In this document: positions 17,175-27,343 of the stretch, piece after piece
How positions within the stretch are numbered: position 1 is the first letter of the stretch
Layout: the number at the start of each line of letters is the position of its first letter
NCBI GenBank assembly: GCA_038208905.1
Contig: JBBQYG010000029.1
Coordinates: 1 to 31,539 of the forward strand
Source: Candidatus Sumerlaeia bacterium
Lineage (GTDB): Bacteria; Sumerlaeota; Sumerlaeia; SLMS01
DNA length: 31,539 nt
Direction of reading: 5' to 3'
Made by a program: the position numbers and the translations under genes
Notes under the pieces: model-generated
What the model was told of the DNA's origin: nothing
The model's database searches: none
The model's input: the letters and a program-made list of their open reading frames with translations, nothing else

Positions 17175-18437
17175 CTACCCCTCCGCGAACAACGCCGCCG
17201 TGAATTGCTCCGGGTCGAAATCCCGCAGATCGTCGATTCCCTCGCCCACGCCGATCAAGGTGACCGGCACATCGAACTGGTCGCGGATCGTGATGAGGAT
17301 GCCGCCCTTGGCGGTGCCGTCGAGCTTTGTCATCACGAGGCCCGTCAGCGGAGTCGCCTGGGAGAAGATCTTCACCTGCTGCACGGCGTTCTGGCCCGTG
17401 GTGGCGTCGAGCACGAGGAGTGTTTCGTGGGGCGCGCCGGGGATGATCTTCCCCATCACGCGGGCCACCTTGCCCAACTCGTCCATGAGTGACGCCTTGT
17501 TGTGGAGGCGGCCCGCGGTGTCGATGAACACCACGTCGATGCCGCGCGCCTTGGCGGTCTGAAGCGCGTCGAAGGCGAGGCCGCTGGGATCGGCGCCCGC
17601 GTTCCCTCGGACGAAATCGCTGCCGGTGCGCTGGGCCCAGATTTCCAGCTGCTCCACCGCCGCCGCGCGGAAGGTGTCGCCCGCCACCAGCATGGTCTTC
17701 AGCCCCGCGTCGCGGCAGCGCTTGGCCATCTTGCCGATCGTCGTCGTCTTGCCGACGCCGTTTACGCCGATTACCGTCACCACATAGGGCCCGCCGTCGG
17801 CGTTCTTCGGCTCGAAGGTCCGCGCGCTCCCCACGAAGACTTCGCGGAGCACTTCCTTGAAGAGCGTCATGATCGGCTCGGCGCCCTCGATGTTCTCCGC
17901 GCGGGCGCGCTTCTTCATCTTGTCCACGATCTTGATCGCTGTCTCCATCGAGACATCGGAGGCGATCAGGATTTCCTCCAGCTTCTCCGTCGTCTCCTCG
18001 TCGAGCCGACCGCTGAGCCCGACCACGGCGCGGATCGAGGAGATGAAGCTGCCCGAGCCCCGCACCAACCGCTCGCGAAGTCGCTCGAACCAGTTCTTGG
18101 CCGGAATGGCGGGCAACGCGATCGATGTTTCCGTGGGAGCATCGGGCGCGACGGGCGCATCGGCGGGGGGCCTTTCCTTGCCGCCAAAGAAACGCGTGAA
18201 GATCCCGCCTTTCTTTACTGGCGGTACCGACTCTGCGCCGGGCAACTGGTCGAATCCGGGGGGACCGCTTACATCCCGGGGTGGGATGCCGGGCGCCGCG
18301 ACGGGCGACGATGCAACGGGACCATCCTCCGGCGGGGGCTCCACATGCTTCTCTTCAAAGAGCCTGCTGAAGAATCCCGGCTTTCGCGGTTTCTGGTCTG
18401 GCTGTTCGCTGCTCAAGGGGATGCGGCCTCTCTCCAT
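17175..18437 (-). CDS. ftsY: Signal recognition particle receptor FtsY
   Basis: GVNGVGKTTTIGK, GDTFRAAAVEQL, DTAGRLH, DATTGQNA, TKLDGTAKGG and GVGEGIDDL. Pro-rich N-terminal extension; exact start uncertain. Confidence 0.96.
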   Translation of the reverse strand: MERGRIPLSSEQPDQKPRKPGFFSRLFEEKHVEPPPEDGPVASSPVAAPGIPPRDVSGPPGFDQLPGAESVPPVKKGGIFTRFFGGKERPPADAPVAPDAPTETSIALPAIPAKNWFERLRERLVRGSGSFISSIRAVVGLSGRLDEETTEKLEEILIASDVSMETAIKIVDKMKKRARAENIEGAEPIMTLFKEVLREVFVGSARTFEPKNADGGPYVVTVIGVNGVGKTTTIGKMAKRCRDAGLKTMLVAGDTFRAAAVEQLEIWAQRTGSDFVRGNAGADPSGLAFDALQTAKARGIDVVFIDTAGRLHNKASLMDELGKVARVMGKIIPGAPHETLLVLDATTGQNAVQQVKIFSQATPLTGLVMTKLDGTAKGGILITIRDQFDVPVTLIGVGEGIDDLRDFDPEQFTAALFAEG

Positions 18438-18499
18438 TGAATCCTCCGCCGACGGGCGGTATCGTCGCGGGCGAGCGGCGCGAGCCTCAAGCGCGTTTC

Positions 18500-20905
18500 T
18501 CAGCGGAAGCCCTTGGCGACCGCCTCGCGGAAATCCTCCAGATCCCTCCCGAGCGCCCCCATCAACTCCACGATCTCCGCGTCGTTGCCGGACTCAGCCG
18601 CCTTCTCCAGGGCCAGCGCCGTGCGGCCAATGACGCCGGCGGAGATGCTGTTGGCGCCGCCCTTCAGCTTGTGCGCCGCGCGCTTGAACTGCGCAGGGTC
18701 GGTGCCGATTGTCTTGCGCAGCTCGGCGATCTGCTGCGGTGCGTCCTTGATGAAGATTTCCACCACCTCGCGGGCCAGTTCGTGGTCGCCGCCAAGGCGT
18801 GCCAGCAGTGACGCCTCGTCGAACGCCTTCATTGGCCGCGGCGTCGGCGAAGATAGGGGCGCCCTGATCGCTCCATCGACAACGAAGAGATCGGGGATGG
18901 CGCGCATGATCGCCGCGCGGACTTCCTCCGGCGAAATCGGCTTGGTCAGATAGTCGTCCATCCCGCTCGCGAGCGCCTTCTCGCGGTCGCCACGCATGGC
19001 GTGGGCCGTCAGCGCCACGATGGGGATGCGGCGCGCGGTGCCGACTTCGCGGCGGCGGATCACGGCGGTCGCCTCCAGTCCGTCCATGTCGGGCATCTGA
19101 ACGTCCATCAGCACCACGTCATAGGGAACCTTCGCCACTGCCTCCGCGGCCTCGCGTCCGCTGGAAACGGCGTCGGCGCGAAAGCCGAGCCTGGTCAGCA
19201 CGCCGACTGCCACGCGCTGGTTGGTGATGTTGTCCTCCGCCACCAGAACGCGGATCGGACGGATGCTGCGGGGATGCAGGAGTTCCCGCGGATCGGGCAA
19301 AGTGATGGGCGTGTCGGCGAGCAGCGCCTCCGCGGCGCGACGCTCCAGCAGCGGAACCTTGAACCAGAAGATCGATCCCTCGCCTTCCACGCTGTGGACG
19401 CCGATGGTGCCTCCCATGGCCTCCACAATCTTGCGAGAGATCACCAGTCCAAGGCCGGTGCCGCCGTGCTTGCGCGTGCTGGAGGAGTCCACTTGAGAGA
19501 ATGGTTGGAAGAGCTTCCCCAGCATGTTCTGGGCGATTCCGGGGCCCGTGTCCTCCACCTCGAATCGCAGCACCGCCGTGTCGCCGCGCGACTCGGTCAG
19601 GCCGATCTGCAATTTGACGCGCCCGTCCTCCGGCGTGAACTTCACCGCGTTGGCGACCAGGTTGATCAGCACCTGGCGCAACCGCCCCGAGTCGCCCATC
19701 AACCCATAGGGTACGCCGGAGTTGTATTGCAGCGACAGGCCGATCCGCTTGTCCGCCGCCGCCGCGTCCACCAAGTCAACCACGTCGTCCACCAGGCGGC
19801 GCAGGTCGAAATCCGACGGCAGCAGGTCGATGCGCCCCGCCTCGATCTTGGAGAAATCCAGAATGTCGTTCACGATCGCGAGAAGCGCCTGGGCGCTCTC
19901 CCGAACCGTCTGCGCGTAGTCGCGCTGTTCCTCGGAGAGGCTCGTGTCCAGCAGGAACCCCGTCATGCCAATGATGCCGTTGAGGGGCGTGCGGACCTCG
20001 TGGCTGACGTTGGCGAGGAACTCCGATTTGGCCTGGGCGGCTGCCTCGGCGGTTTCCTTGGCAAGGACCAACGCCTCCTCCGTCTTGCGTTGCTTGGTGA
20101 TGTCGCGGCCCACGGATTGGAACTCGGCCAGGCGGCCCTGCTCGTCGAAGACGCCGCGGTCTGTCCACTGTTGCCAGCGGATTTCTCCGCCGATCAGGAC
20201 TCGGTATTCGCAGGTGGATGAGGGATGATCGGGTGTGAGCGCGAGCAGGTTCTCCTCCGCCACCACAAGGTCCTCCGGCGGCATCGGCGGGAAGAAGCTG
20301 CGCCCGATCAGCTCCTCGCGCGAGCGCCCGAAGTAGCGGCAATAGGCGCCGTTCACGAAGGTAATCATCCCATCGGGGCGGAAGCGGCAGATCAACTCCG
20401 TCTGGTCCATGACGATGGCGCGATAGCGTTGCTCGCTCTCGCGGATGGAGTCCGCCGCGTTGCGCGCCTCAGTCACGTCGGTATTCAGGCCCACCAGGCG
20501 GACGGGGCGACCGTCGGCGTTGCGGATCGCCGCGCCCCTCAGGCTGATCCACCGCCACGTGCCGTCCTTGTGGATGAATCGCAGCGTCTGCACGAGGGGG
20601 CGGTGCTCGTCGAAATGCTCGCGCAGCGCCTGGCGCAGGGGCTCCTGATCGGCGGGATGCAGCAGCTTGCGCACGGTGTCGAAGTGGGGCCGAAACTCGC
20701 CGTTGCCATAGCCCAGCATCCCCATCCACCGGGAGCTGAAACTGACTTCGTCGGTTTGCAGGTTCCAGTCCCAGATTCCATCGCGGGAACTCGCCATGAT
20801 CGCGCCGGCGAAATCCGCCAATTGGCGATTGCGCGCCTCCAGGCGGGCCATCTGCTCGATGCCCAAATCCGTCGGGGTGGCGGTGGTGTCGGCGGGGGAG
20901 GCCAT
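18500..20905 (-). CDS. Cytoplasmic hybrid histidine kinase: PAS-PAS-HisKA-HATPase-REC-HPt (801 aa)
   Basis: PAS GIWDWNL and [13 protein letters not shown]-box [17 protein letters not shown] boxes [32 protein letters not shown]...LMDVQMP...YLTKP. HPt AAHKLKG. Start set at ATG 20905, 10 bp after the upstream stop. Confidence 0.93.
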   Translation of the reverse strand: MASPADTTATPTDLGIEQMARLEARNRQLADFAGAIMASSRDGIWDWNLQTDEVSFSSRWMGMLGYGNGEFRPHFDTVRKLLHPADQEPLRQALREHFDEHRPLVQTLRFIHKDGTWRWISLRGAAIRNADGRPVRLVGLNTDVTEARNAADSIRESEQRYRAIVMDQTELICRFRPDGMITFVNGAYCRYFGRSREELIGRSFFPPMPPEDLVVAEENLLALTPDHPSSTCEYRVLIGGEIRWQQWTDRGVFDEQGRLAEFQSVGRDITKQRKTEEALVLAKETAEAAAQAKSEFLANVSHEVRTPLNGIIGMTGFLLDTSLSEEQRDYAQTVRESAQALLAIVNDILDFSKIEAGRIDLLPSDFDLRRLVDDVVDLVDAAAADKRIGLSLQYNSGVPYGLMGDSGRLRQVLINLVANAVKFTPEDGRVKLQIGLTESRGDTAVLRFEVEDTGPGIAQNMLGKLFQPFSQVDSSSTRKHGGTGLGLVISRKIVEAMGGTIGVHSVEGEGSIFWFKVPLLERRAAEALLADTPITLPDPRELLHPRSIRPIRVLVAEDNITNQRVAVGVLTRLGFRADAVSSGREAAEAVAKVPYDVVLMDVQMPDMDGLEATAVIRRREVGTARRIPIVALTAHAMRGDREKALASGMDDYLTKPISPEEVRAAIMRAIPDLFVVDGAIRAPLSSPTPRPMKAFDEASLLARLGGDHELAREVVEIFIKDAPQQIAELRKTIGTDPAQFKRAAHKLKGGANSISAGVIGRTALALEKAAESGNDAEIVELMGALGRDLEDFREAVAKGFR

Positions 20906-20915
20906 CCGTTGTCGA

Positions 20916-22097
20916 TCAGCCGACCTGGATCGCCTCACCCAGAAGCAGCGAGGGGAGGCGGATCGCTTCGGTGGACGTCTCGATGCCATAGATCGGCAGC
21001 AGCTCCCGCTGGCGCGAGAGGAAGGCGTCCACGATGTCGGGATCGAACTGGGTGCCCCGCCCCTCCATGATAATGCGCAGGCTCACTTCGTGGGGGATCG
21101 CTTCCTTGTAGCACCGCCGCGTCGTCAGCGCGTCATAGGTGTCGGCCAGCGCCAGGATGCGCGCGGCGAGCGGGATTGCCGTTCCCGCGATGCCGTGGGG
21201 ATAACCCCTGCCGTCCCACCGCTCATGGTGGCTCTCGGCGATTTCGATCCCCATGCGGACGTAGGCGCTGCCGGGATGCTTGCGATCCACTGCGCGAAGG
21301 GTTTCCGAACCCAGCGTCGTGTGGATTTTCATCACCTCGAATTCCTGGGGAGTCAGGCTACTGGGCTTTTGAAGGATCCTATCGGGGATGCCGACCTTCC
21401 CGATGTCGTGCAGGGGGCTGGCCGCATAGATCACGCTCAGGAATTCGTCGGTGATGATGTCCTCGTACTGCTTCCTATCGTGAAGCGCCCGCGCAATCAG
21501 CAGGCAGTACTCGCGCATCCGCTCCAGATGGGCGCCCGTCTCGTGGTCGCGCGATTCCGCCAGGCGAGACAGGGCAAAGATCGTGGCGTTCTGCGACTCG
21601 ACGATTTCGGCCACCTGCTCCCGCACGCGGCGTTCGAGGATCGCGTTCTGCGATTCGATCTGCCGCTGATAGACCTTTTCCAGATCGAACAGGCGCTTCT
21701 TGCGCAGCGAGGACTCCAGCCGCGCCGCAAGGATCCGCATGTTGATCGGCTTCGTCAGGTAGTCGTCCGCCCCGCGCTCCAGGCAGCGGATGATGCCCTC
21801 CGTACCGTTCATACCCGAGACGATGATGACCGGGATGTGGAGCAGGTCGGGGTGGCGCAGGATGCGGTCCAGCGTCTCGTACCCGTCCATCACCGGCATG
21901 ATCAGATCCAGCAGGATGACGTCGGGGCGATAGGACTGGGCCTTTGCCAGGGCCTCCTCGCCGTTCTCCGCCGTCTGGTGGTCGTAGCCCAGCACCTCCG
22001 CCTGACGCGCGAGCACAATCCGGTTCGCCTCCATATCGTCGACGATCAGGAGGCGCGCCTTCTCGGCGGGGGGTCTTTTGCTATCGTCTTTCGCCAT
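20916..22097 (-). CDS. Response regulator with HD-GYP cyclic di-nucleotide phosphodiesterase domain (RpfG-like, 393 aa)
   Basis: REC IVDD...LLDLIMPVMDG...YLTKP. HD-GYP ETGAHLERM, SPLHDIGKVGIPD, HHERWDGRGYP and ARILALADTYDAL. Start set at ATG 22097 (MAKDD). Confidence 0.93.
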   Translation of the reverse strand: MAKDDSKRPPAEKARLLIVDDMEANRIVLARQAEVLGYDHQTAENGEEALAKAQSYRPDVILLDLIMPVMDGYETLDRILRHPDLLHIPVIIVSGMNGTEGIIRCLERGADDYLTKPINMRILAARLESSLRKKRLFDLEKVYQRQIESQNAILERRVREQVAEIVESQNATIFALSRLAESRDHETGAHLERMREYCLLIARALHDRKQYEDIITDEFLSVIYAASPLHDIGKVGIPDRILQKPSSLTPQEFEVMKIHTTLGSETLRAVDRKHPGSAYVRMGIEIAESHHERWDGRGYPHGIAGTAIPLAARILALADTYDALTTRRCYKEAIPHEVSLRIIMEGRGTQFDPDIVDAFLSRQRELLPIYGIETSTEAIRLPSLLLGEAIQVG

Positions 22098-22262
22098 GTC
22101 TTCCCGGCGGATCTGCGGCGCTGGCGCCGATGCGATGAACACAGCGAGTATTGGGGGCGGGGTCGGGTCCCCGCTCAACTCAAATTCACGAGGGGCTGCG
22201 AACTTCGCAGGAACTCCAACCCCCCCAAAACCAGATACCGCTCGTTTGGAGGCCGCGCATTC

Positions 22263-22341
22263 GCCCCGGGAGCGGCGAACCCAGGTAAGGGTTCCAAAGG
22301 GCTCAATTCAGCGCCGCTGTCGGACCTGCTTCCGGGGCTAC
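22263..22341. repeat. Intergenic nested palindrome, REP-like
   Basis: Arms GCCCCGGGAGC (22263-22273) and GCTTCCGGGGC (22328-22338). Inner pairs AGCGGCG/CGCCGCT and GAACCC/GGGTTC. The minus strand begins GTAGCCCCGG. Confidence 0.4.
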
Positions 22342-22439
22342 GATTGTTGCGTCCCTGCCGGCATGATTGCGTCTGGCCCCGCGAGTGTCGCAATGCCAGC
22401 GTTATCAACACGCTGGTCCAGGCAAGACCCATGCGCCCG

Positions 22440-25208
22440 TCACCCAATCAACGCATCTGCCCCCGCCACCACCTCGTCGATTTTCGACACCTCGCGGGCG
22501 CCGCCCTGGGCGAAGTCGGGCTTGCCGCCGCCCTTTCCGCCGAGCGGGGCCGCCAGTTTGTTGAGGACCTGGCCGGCGGGATAGTCGGCCTGGGCGTTCT
22601 TGCCGGTGGCGACCGCGAGGGCCACCTTGTCTCCGTTGGCGCTCAGCACCGCGGCCACGCCGGAATCGCCGAGGCTGTCGCGGATCGCCAGCACCACCGC
22701 GCGCAGGTCGGCGCTCTCCAGCCCGTCCATGCGGACGACGCAGAGGCGCGCCTTTCCGCCAAGGTCGCGGGCCTGCTGGGCGAGGCGCGACACGTCGCGC
22801 AGCGCCGCCTCCTGACGAAGGCGCGCCACCTCGCGCTCGAGGTCCTTCACGCGCGCTTGCAGCAGCGCCACGCGCTCGACGACGGCGGCGCCCTTCACGG
22901 CGAGTGCGGTCTCCAGCGGAACCACGACGTGGAAATGCTCGTCCAGCTCCTGCTCCTCGGCCTCGACGCCGGTGACGGCCTCGATGCGGCGGATGCCCGA
23001 TGCGATGGAGCATTCTGAGACCAGGCGATAGTGCATAATATCGCCCGTGTTGCGGACGTGGGTGCCGCCGCAGAACTCGATGCTATCCGGCCCCATGCTG
23101 ATCACGCGGACGACGGCGCCATACTTCTCCCCGAAGGGGGCGATGGCGCCCTTCTTCTTTGCCTCTTCGAGTGAGAGCACCTCGGTCACCACGGGTTGGC
23201 TCGCCATGACGAGGCGATTCACCTCGCGCTGGATTTCGAGAAGCTGCTCCGCGGAGACGGCCTCGGTGTGTGTGAAGTCGAATCGCGAGCTGGTGGCGCT
23301 GACGTAGGAGCCGGCCTGTGTGACGTGCTCGCCGAGGAGGCGCTTGAGCGCGCTCTGGAGCAGGTGGACGCTGCTGTGGTTGCGGCGGATCGCGTTGCGG
23401 CGCCCTTCGTCCACGCGGGCCGATGCCTTGTCTCCCGCGTTGAGGTGGCCCTCGATCAGGCGGCCCTTGTGGATGAAGATGCCGTGGGGCGTCTTTTGGC
23501 AGTCGGTCACCTCGAAGCGCCCGCTGCCGCTCTCGATGATGCCCGTGTCGCCGACTTGTCCGCCGCCCTCCGCATAGAACGGCGTCGCGCGAAGGACCAG
23601 CAGGCCCTCCTCGCCGGCGCGCATCGTGTCGGAGAAGGACCCCTTGTGGATGAAGCCGATGATGTCGGTCTCCACGGGGCCGGTGCCCTCGTAGCCGAGG
23701 AATTCCGTGGAGCCGTTGCGCTCGTGCAGCTCGTCGAGAAGGTCCGCCGCGAGGTCGAGCTTCGCGCCCTTCCACGACTTGCGGGCCTCCTCCTTCTGGC
23801 GCGTCATTGCCGACTTGTAGCCGTCCATGTCCACGGAGAGCCCGTCGTCCGCGGCGATTTCCAGCGTCAGGTCCACGGGAAAGCCATAGGTGTCCCACAG
23901 GCGGAAAGCCTCCTCGCCGGAGAGCGACTTCTCGCCGCGCTCCTCCGCCTGCGTCATCAGGTCCTCGAGGATCTTCATGCCGCGGTCGCGCGTCTGGAGG
24001 AATGTTTCCTCCTCGCGGCGGAGCGCCTTGCGGATGAAGTCGGGGTTCTTGGCGATCTCGGGATAGGCATCTCCCATCGTATCGACCACGGCGTCATACA
24101 GCGTCGCCATGAACGGCTTGTCCACGCCGAGGAGCGACGCGAATCGCAGGGCGCGGCGCTGGATGCGGCGCAGCACATAGCCGCGCCCCACGTTGCTGGG
24201 CGTGATGCCCTCCGCCAGCGTGAACACTAGCGCGCGCGTGTGGTCGGCGATGGCGTTGATTGCCAGGCGCTCCTTCGCGGCCTCCGCGCTGTGCTTCTCC
24301 GAAACCTTCAGGTAGGGAATGCCGAGCGTGTTGGACGCGGCCTCTACGATCGGCCACATCAGGTCGGTCTCATAGGGAGTGGACGGCACGCCGCTCTGCG
24401 CGAAACGAAGCGCCACCGTCATGCGCTCCAGCCCCGCGCCGGTGTCGATGCCCTTGTGCTTGAGGAGCGGACGCGAGCCGTCCCGCTGCTGGTCGTACTG
24501 CGGGAACACCATGTTCCAGATTTCCAGGAACGTGTCGCCCTCGTCGATCACGCGCTGGCCCAAGCGCTTCAGCGCGTCGGGCCCGCCCGTGCGCAACTCC
24601 GCGCGGATCGCCGCCAGCTCCGCGTCGGTGCCCAGGAAAAACTTCACCTCGCTGCACGGGCCACAGGCGCCCGTGTCGCCCGCCGGGCCCCAGAAATTTT
24701 CCGACTCGTCCAGCGGGATCAGCGGATTCGGGCAGTCGGTTTCCTCCGCATAGTAAAGCATCGCCTCCGTGTCGATCTTGTCCGGCGTTGGGCCATAGAT
24801 CGTGGGGAACATGCGGTCCTTCGGGAGGTTCATCCACTGGGGGCTCGTGCAGAATTCCCACGCGAACCGGATCGTCTCGCGCTTGAAGTAGTCGCCAAAG
24901 CTGAAGTTGCCGAGCATCTCGAAGAACGTGTGGTGACGCAGCGTCTTCCCGACGTTCTCCAGATCGGAGCCCTTGCCGCCCGCGCGCAGGCACTTCTGCA
25001 CCGTCGCAGCCCGCGGATACGGCAACGGGTCCACCAGCCCGGAGTAGAGCGACTTGAACTGCACCATCCCCGCCGTCGTGAACAGCAACGTCGGGTCGTC
25101 CGGCGGCACCACCGGCGAACTCGACACGATGGGGTGCGGGTGCGTGGGGATGGCGCGGAAGTAGTCAAGATAGGCTTGGCGAAGTTCGCGACCGGTGGAA
25201 ATCGACAT
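22440..25208 (-). CDS. alaS: Alanine--tRNA ligase
   Basis: DPTLLFTTAGMVQFK, QKCLR, HHTFFEMLGNFSFGDYFK, GPCSE, EIWNMVF, IDTGAGLER and FYAEGGGQVGD. Editing motifs HSSVH and FCGGTH. C-Ala GGKGGGKPDFAQGG. Confidence 0.98.
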   Translation of the reverse strand: MSISTGRELRQAYLDYFRAIPTHPHPIVSSSPVVPPDDPTLLFTTAGMVQFKSLYSGLVDPLPYPRAATVQKCLRAGGKGSDLENVGKTLRHHTFFEMLGNFSFGDYFKRETIRFAWEFCTSPQWMNLPKDRMFPTIYGPTPDKIDTEAMLYYAEETDCPNPLIPLDESENFWGPAGDTGACGPCSEVKFFLGTDAELAAIRAELRTGGPDALKRLGQRVIDEGDTFLEIWNMVFPQYDQQRDGSRPLLKHKGIDTGAGLERMTVALRFAQSGVPSTPYETDLMWPIVEAASNTLGIPYLKVSEKHSAEAAKERLAINAIADHTRALVFTLAEGITPSNVGRGYVLRRIQRRALRFASLLGVDKPFMATLYDAVVDTMGDAYPEIAKNPDFIRKALRREEETFLQTRDRGMKILEDLMTQAEERGEKSLSGEEAFRLWDTYGFPVDLTLEIAADDGLSVDMDGYKSAMTRQKEEARKSWKGAKLDLAADLLDELHERNGSTEFLGYEGTGPVETDIIGFIHKGSFSDTMRAGEEGLLVLRATPFYAEGGGQVGDTGIIESGSGRFEVTDCQKTPHGIFIHKGRLIEGHLNAGDKASARVDEGRRNAIRRNHSSVHLLQSALKRLLGEHVTQAGSYVSATSSRFDFTHTEAVSAEQLLEIQREVNRLVMASQPVVTEVLSLEEAKKKGAIAPFGEKYGAVVRVISMGPDSIEFCGGTHVRNTGDIMHYRLVSECSIASGIRRIEAVTGVEAEEQELDEHFHVVVPLETALAVKGAAVVERVALLQARVKDLEREVARLRQEAALRDVSRLAQQARDLGGKARLCVVRMDGLESADLRAVVLAIRDSLGDSGVAAVLSANGDKVALAVATGKNAQADYPAGQVLNKLAAPLGGKGGGKPDFAQGGAREVSKIDEVVAGADALIG

Positions 25209-25512
25209 GACGTTGCTTTCGTGGACCGACTGGCTGGCGTTTCAAGCCCCCGCAAGGGCGCAGGTTAGGTAGTCGCGGGCGGGGGAGAGGTCAAGGCGGG
25301 ATGGGGGGCGGGGGGCGCGGTCGGCACAATTCGACCCCGCACCCAACCACCGCACGAGACACCGCCACAGACCAACAGCCACCGAGTAACGGAACCGCCA
25401 CATGGCGCGCTTCAGCGTGCCCGTATTTGCCGCCGACTTCAGCCGGGGGAGGTCGAGATAGAGTGATTGAGAGCGCGCTTTAGCGTGCTTGCATATCTCA
25501 ACACTTCGGAGA

Positions 25513-26361
25513 TCATGAGTCGATGGTAAACCGGCACTTTGGGTAGCGACTGCATCCCAAAAAGTTCTTCCCCGCCTGAGGCCCCTTCCTCGCGGTCCGA
25601 CCCACCATCGGATATCCACATCGGGAACATGCCTGTGAGGGGTTGGAGCCCACTTGCCCGGGGCTCGCGTTTCCAACTTCCACCGCAACCGGATCGGGTC
25701 TCGGCGATATGGCCGCTGAGGCGGCGGGTACAACCCGGGGGGGAACGAGGGGCGCCGGCGGCGCGTGCATCTTGCGCAAATTCCGAACGTGCTCCACGTG
25801 GGTAGCCAGCCCCGGATTGAGCCGCTGGCCCTCGATGCTGGCGCGGATACGGGCGACTTCCTCGGGCGAGATGATGGCGACAGTCTTGGACTTGATATAC
25901 CTGACCAGCCCACCCATATGGGTGACGTTTGGCGGCATCTCGGTCTTGAGCTCGGCCTCGCCGACAAAAGCGACGATGGAAAACAGGTAGTGCTCGGGGA
26001 TACCGAACTGCTCGGCCAATGCCTTGGTGTGGCGATAGTTCTGGCGGAGTGGGTTCTGAAAGCGGTACGTCTTCTTGAACAGCTTCTGTGTCCACTGCGC
26101 ATCCCGCTCGCTTCCGAATATCCAGCCGCCCATGTTCTTGGTCTCCACCACAAAGATCCCAAAGACCGACAGGATGACATGGTCGATCTGCGTGGTGCCG
26201 CCGTCGATGCCGATGGTCACATTGGAAAGCCGACTGTAGATCGCGTTGTCAAGGAACAGCCAAGTTGACAAATCAACCTGCTTCTCGCCGATCCACCCCT
26301 TGATGGATGGGGGTTCCATGAACAAATCCAGAAGAAAACGAAGAAAGCCGGTCTCACTCAT
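25513..26361 (-). CDS. NERD nuclease-related domain protein with C-terminal topoisomerase C4 zinc ribbon
   Basis: KGWIGE, TTQIDHV...GIFVVETKN.GGWIFG and FQNPLRQN. C-terminal CSRCGYPMV.R...FLGCSRYPKC. Confidence 0.9.
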   Translation of the reverse strand: MSETGFLRFLLDLFMEPPSIKGWIGEKQVDLSTWLFLDNAIYSRLSNVTIGIDGGTTQIDHVILSVFGIFVVETKNMGGWIFGSERDAQWTQKLFKKTYRFQNPLRQNYRHTKALAEQFGIPEHYLFSIVAFVGEAELKTEMPPNVTHMGGLVRYIKSKTVAIISPEEVARIRASIEGQRLNPGLATHVEHVRNLRKMHAPPAPLVPPRVVPAASAAISPRPDPVAVEVGNASPGQVGSNPSQACSRCGYPMVGRTARKGPQAGKNFLGCSRYPKCRFTIDS

Positions 26362-26404
26362 CTATGGTTCATCTCCAATCGTCGCCTCCACCTCCACCCC
26401 CACC

Positions 26405-27268
26405 TCACTCCAACATCTCCCACCCCGCCACCCGCGACGCAGTGATCGAGGGGAGTGGGATGGGGGCTATGTTGCCGGGTTCGAAGAGGCCGGTGCTGAT
26501 GGAGATGACGCGGCCGTAGGCGTTGGCGCTGGTGCCGGGCGTGCCGCCGACTCCGTCGAGGGCGTCGAGGACGGGGTAGTCCACGGTGGTGTCTCCGGTG
26601 TTGTTGAAGCCAAAGCCGGAGGGGTCGCCCGGGTTCAATCCGTCGTCGAAGCCGTTGTCGAAGGACGCGATGGAGAGGCCGAAGGTGCTGGTCGGCGTGA
26701 GGCCGATGGCGGAGAGGCTGATGCGCGCCTCCAGCAGGTTGTTGGTGGTGGAGATGAAGCTGTCCACGGTGCCGCCGTCGGTATACCAGGATCCGGCCCC
26801 GACGTCGTGGAAGAACTCGCCCCACGTGATCCCATTCTGGGCGTTGTGGAAGTGGACCTGGTACTCGGGATAGAAGCTGGGCGAGGAGAAGAACGGCGTG
26901 CCGGAGTTGTCACCCAGGAAGTTCATCCCCGAGTCGCCTGGGTTCTGGTCGAGGTCGAAGCCGATGGCGAGGCTGACCTCGTTGGTCACGGTGATGTCGG
27001 CGAACCGCACGAGCAGAAACAGGTTGGTCGCGTCGAGTGTGATGCGCGCCTCGGTGATGTCATAGTTGCCGAGGTTTCCGGCGGCGTCGGTGCGCAGGTC
27101 GCCCGCCTCGCCCTTGTAAATCCACTCGTCGCCATTGACCGCCACATCATGAACGAGGGTCGGCGGCGTCCCCGTCCAGTCCGCCGGATTGCCATCCACC
27201 ACGATGGTCTTGGCGTGGGACGCGGCGGCGAGGGAGGCGACGGCGAGAAGGGCGAGCGGAAGGCGCAT
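26405..27268 (-). CDS. Secreted DOMON/CBM9-like carbohydrate-binding protein (287 aa)
   Basis: Signal peptide MRLPLALLAVASLAAASHA. TIVVDGNPADW, YDITEARIT.D..NLFLLVRF, AIGFDLD and LEARISL resemble glucodextranase DOMON-like domains. Ends SRVAGWEMLE. Confidence 0.65.
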   Translation of the reverse strand: MRLPLALLAVASLAAASHAKTIVVDGNPADWTGTPPTLVHDVAVNGDEWIYKGEAGDLRTDAAGNLGNYDITEARITLDATNLFLLVRFADITVTNEVSLAIGFDLDQNPGDSGMNFLGDNSGTPFFSSPSFYPEYQVHFHNAQNGITWGEFFHDVGAGSWYTDGGTVDSFISTTNNLLEARISLSAIGLTPTSTFGLSIASFDNGFDDGLNPGDPSGFGFNNTGDTTVDYPVLDALDGVGGTPGTSANAYGRVISISTGLFEPGNIAPIPLPSITASRVAGWEMLE

Positions 27269-27343
27269 GGGGGAGGGCTCCGTATTCATGACGATCAAAA
27301 ACATCGGAATCGCCAAGGAGTGGAGCGGTTCGATGGGGGGAAG

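Noticed and set aside
25269-25295. Sigma70 promoter for alaS (TTGACC-17 bp-TACCTA on the minus strand)
   Set aside because: The position is plausible but the -10 lacks the conserved final T, so it is too weak to list as a feature.
25325-25352. TTCGA...CCA resembling a tRNA 3' end or att site
   Set aside because: No T-stem or acceptor-stem pairing and no cloverleaf.
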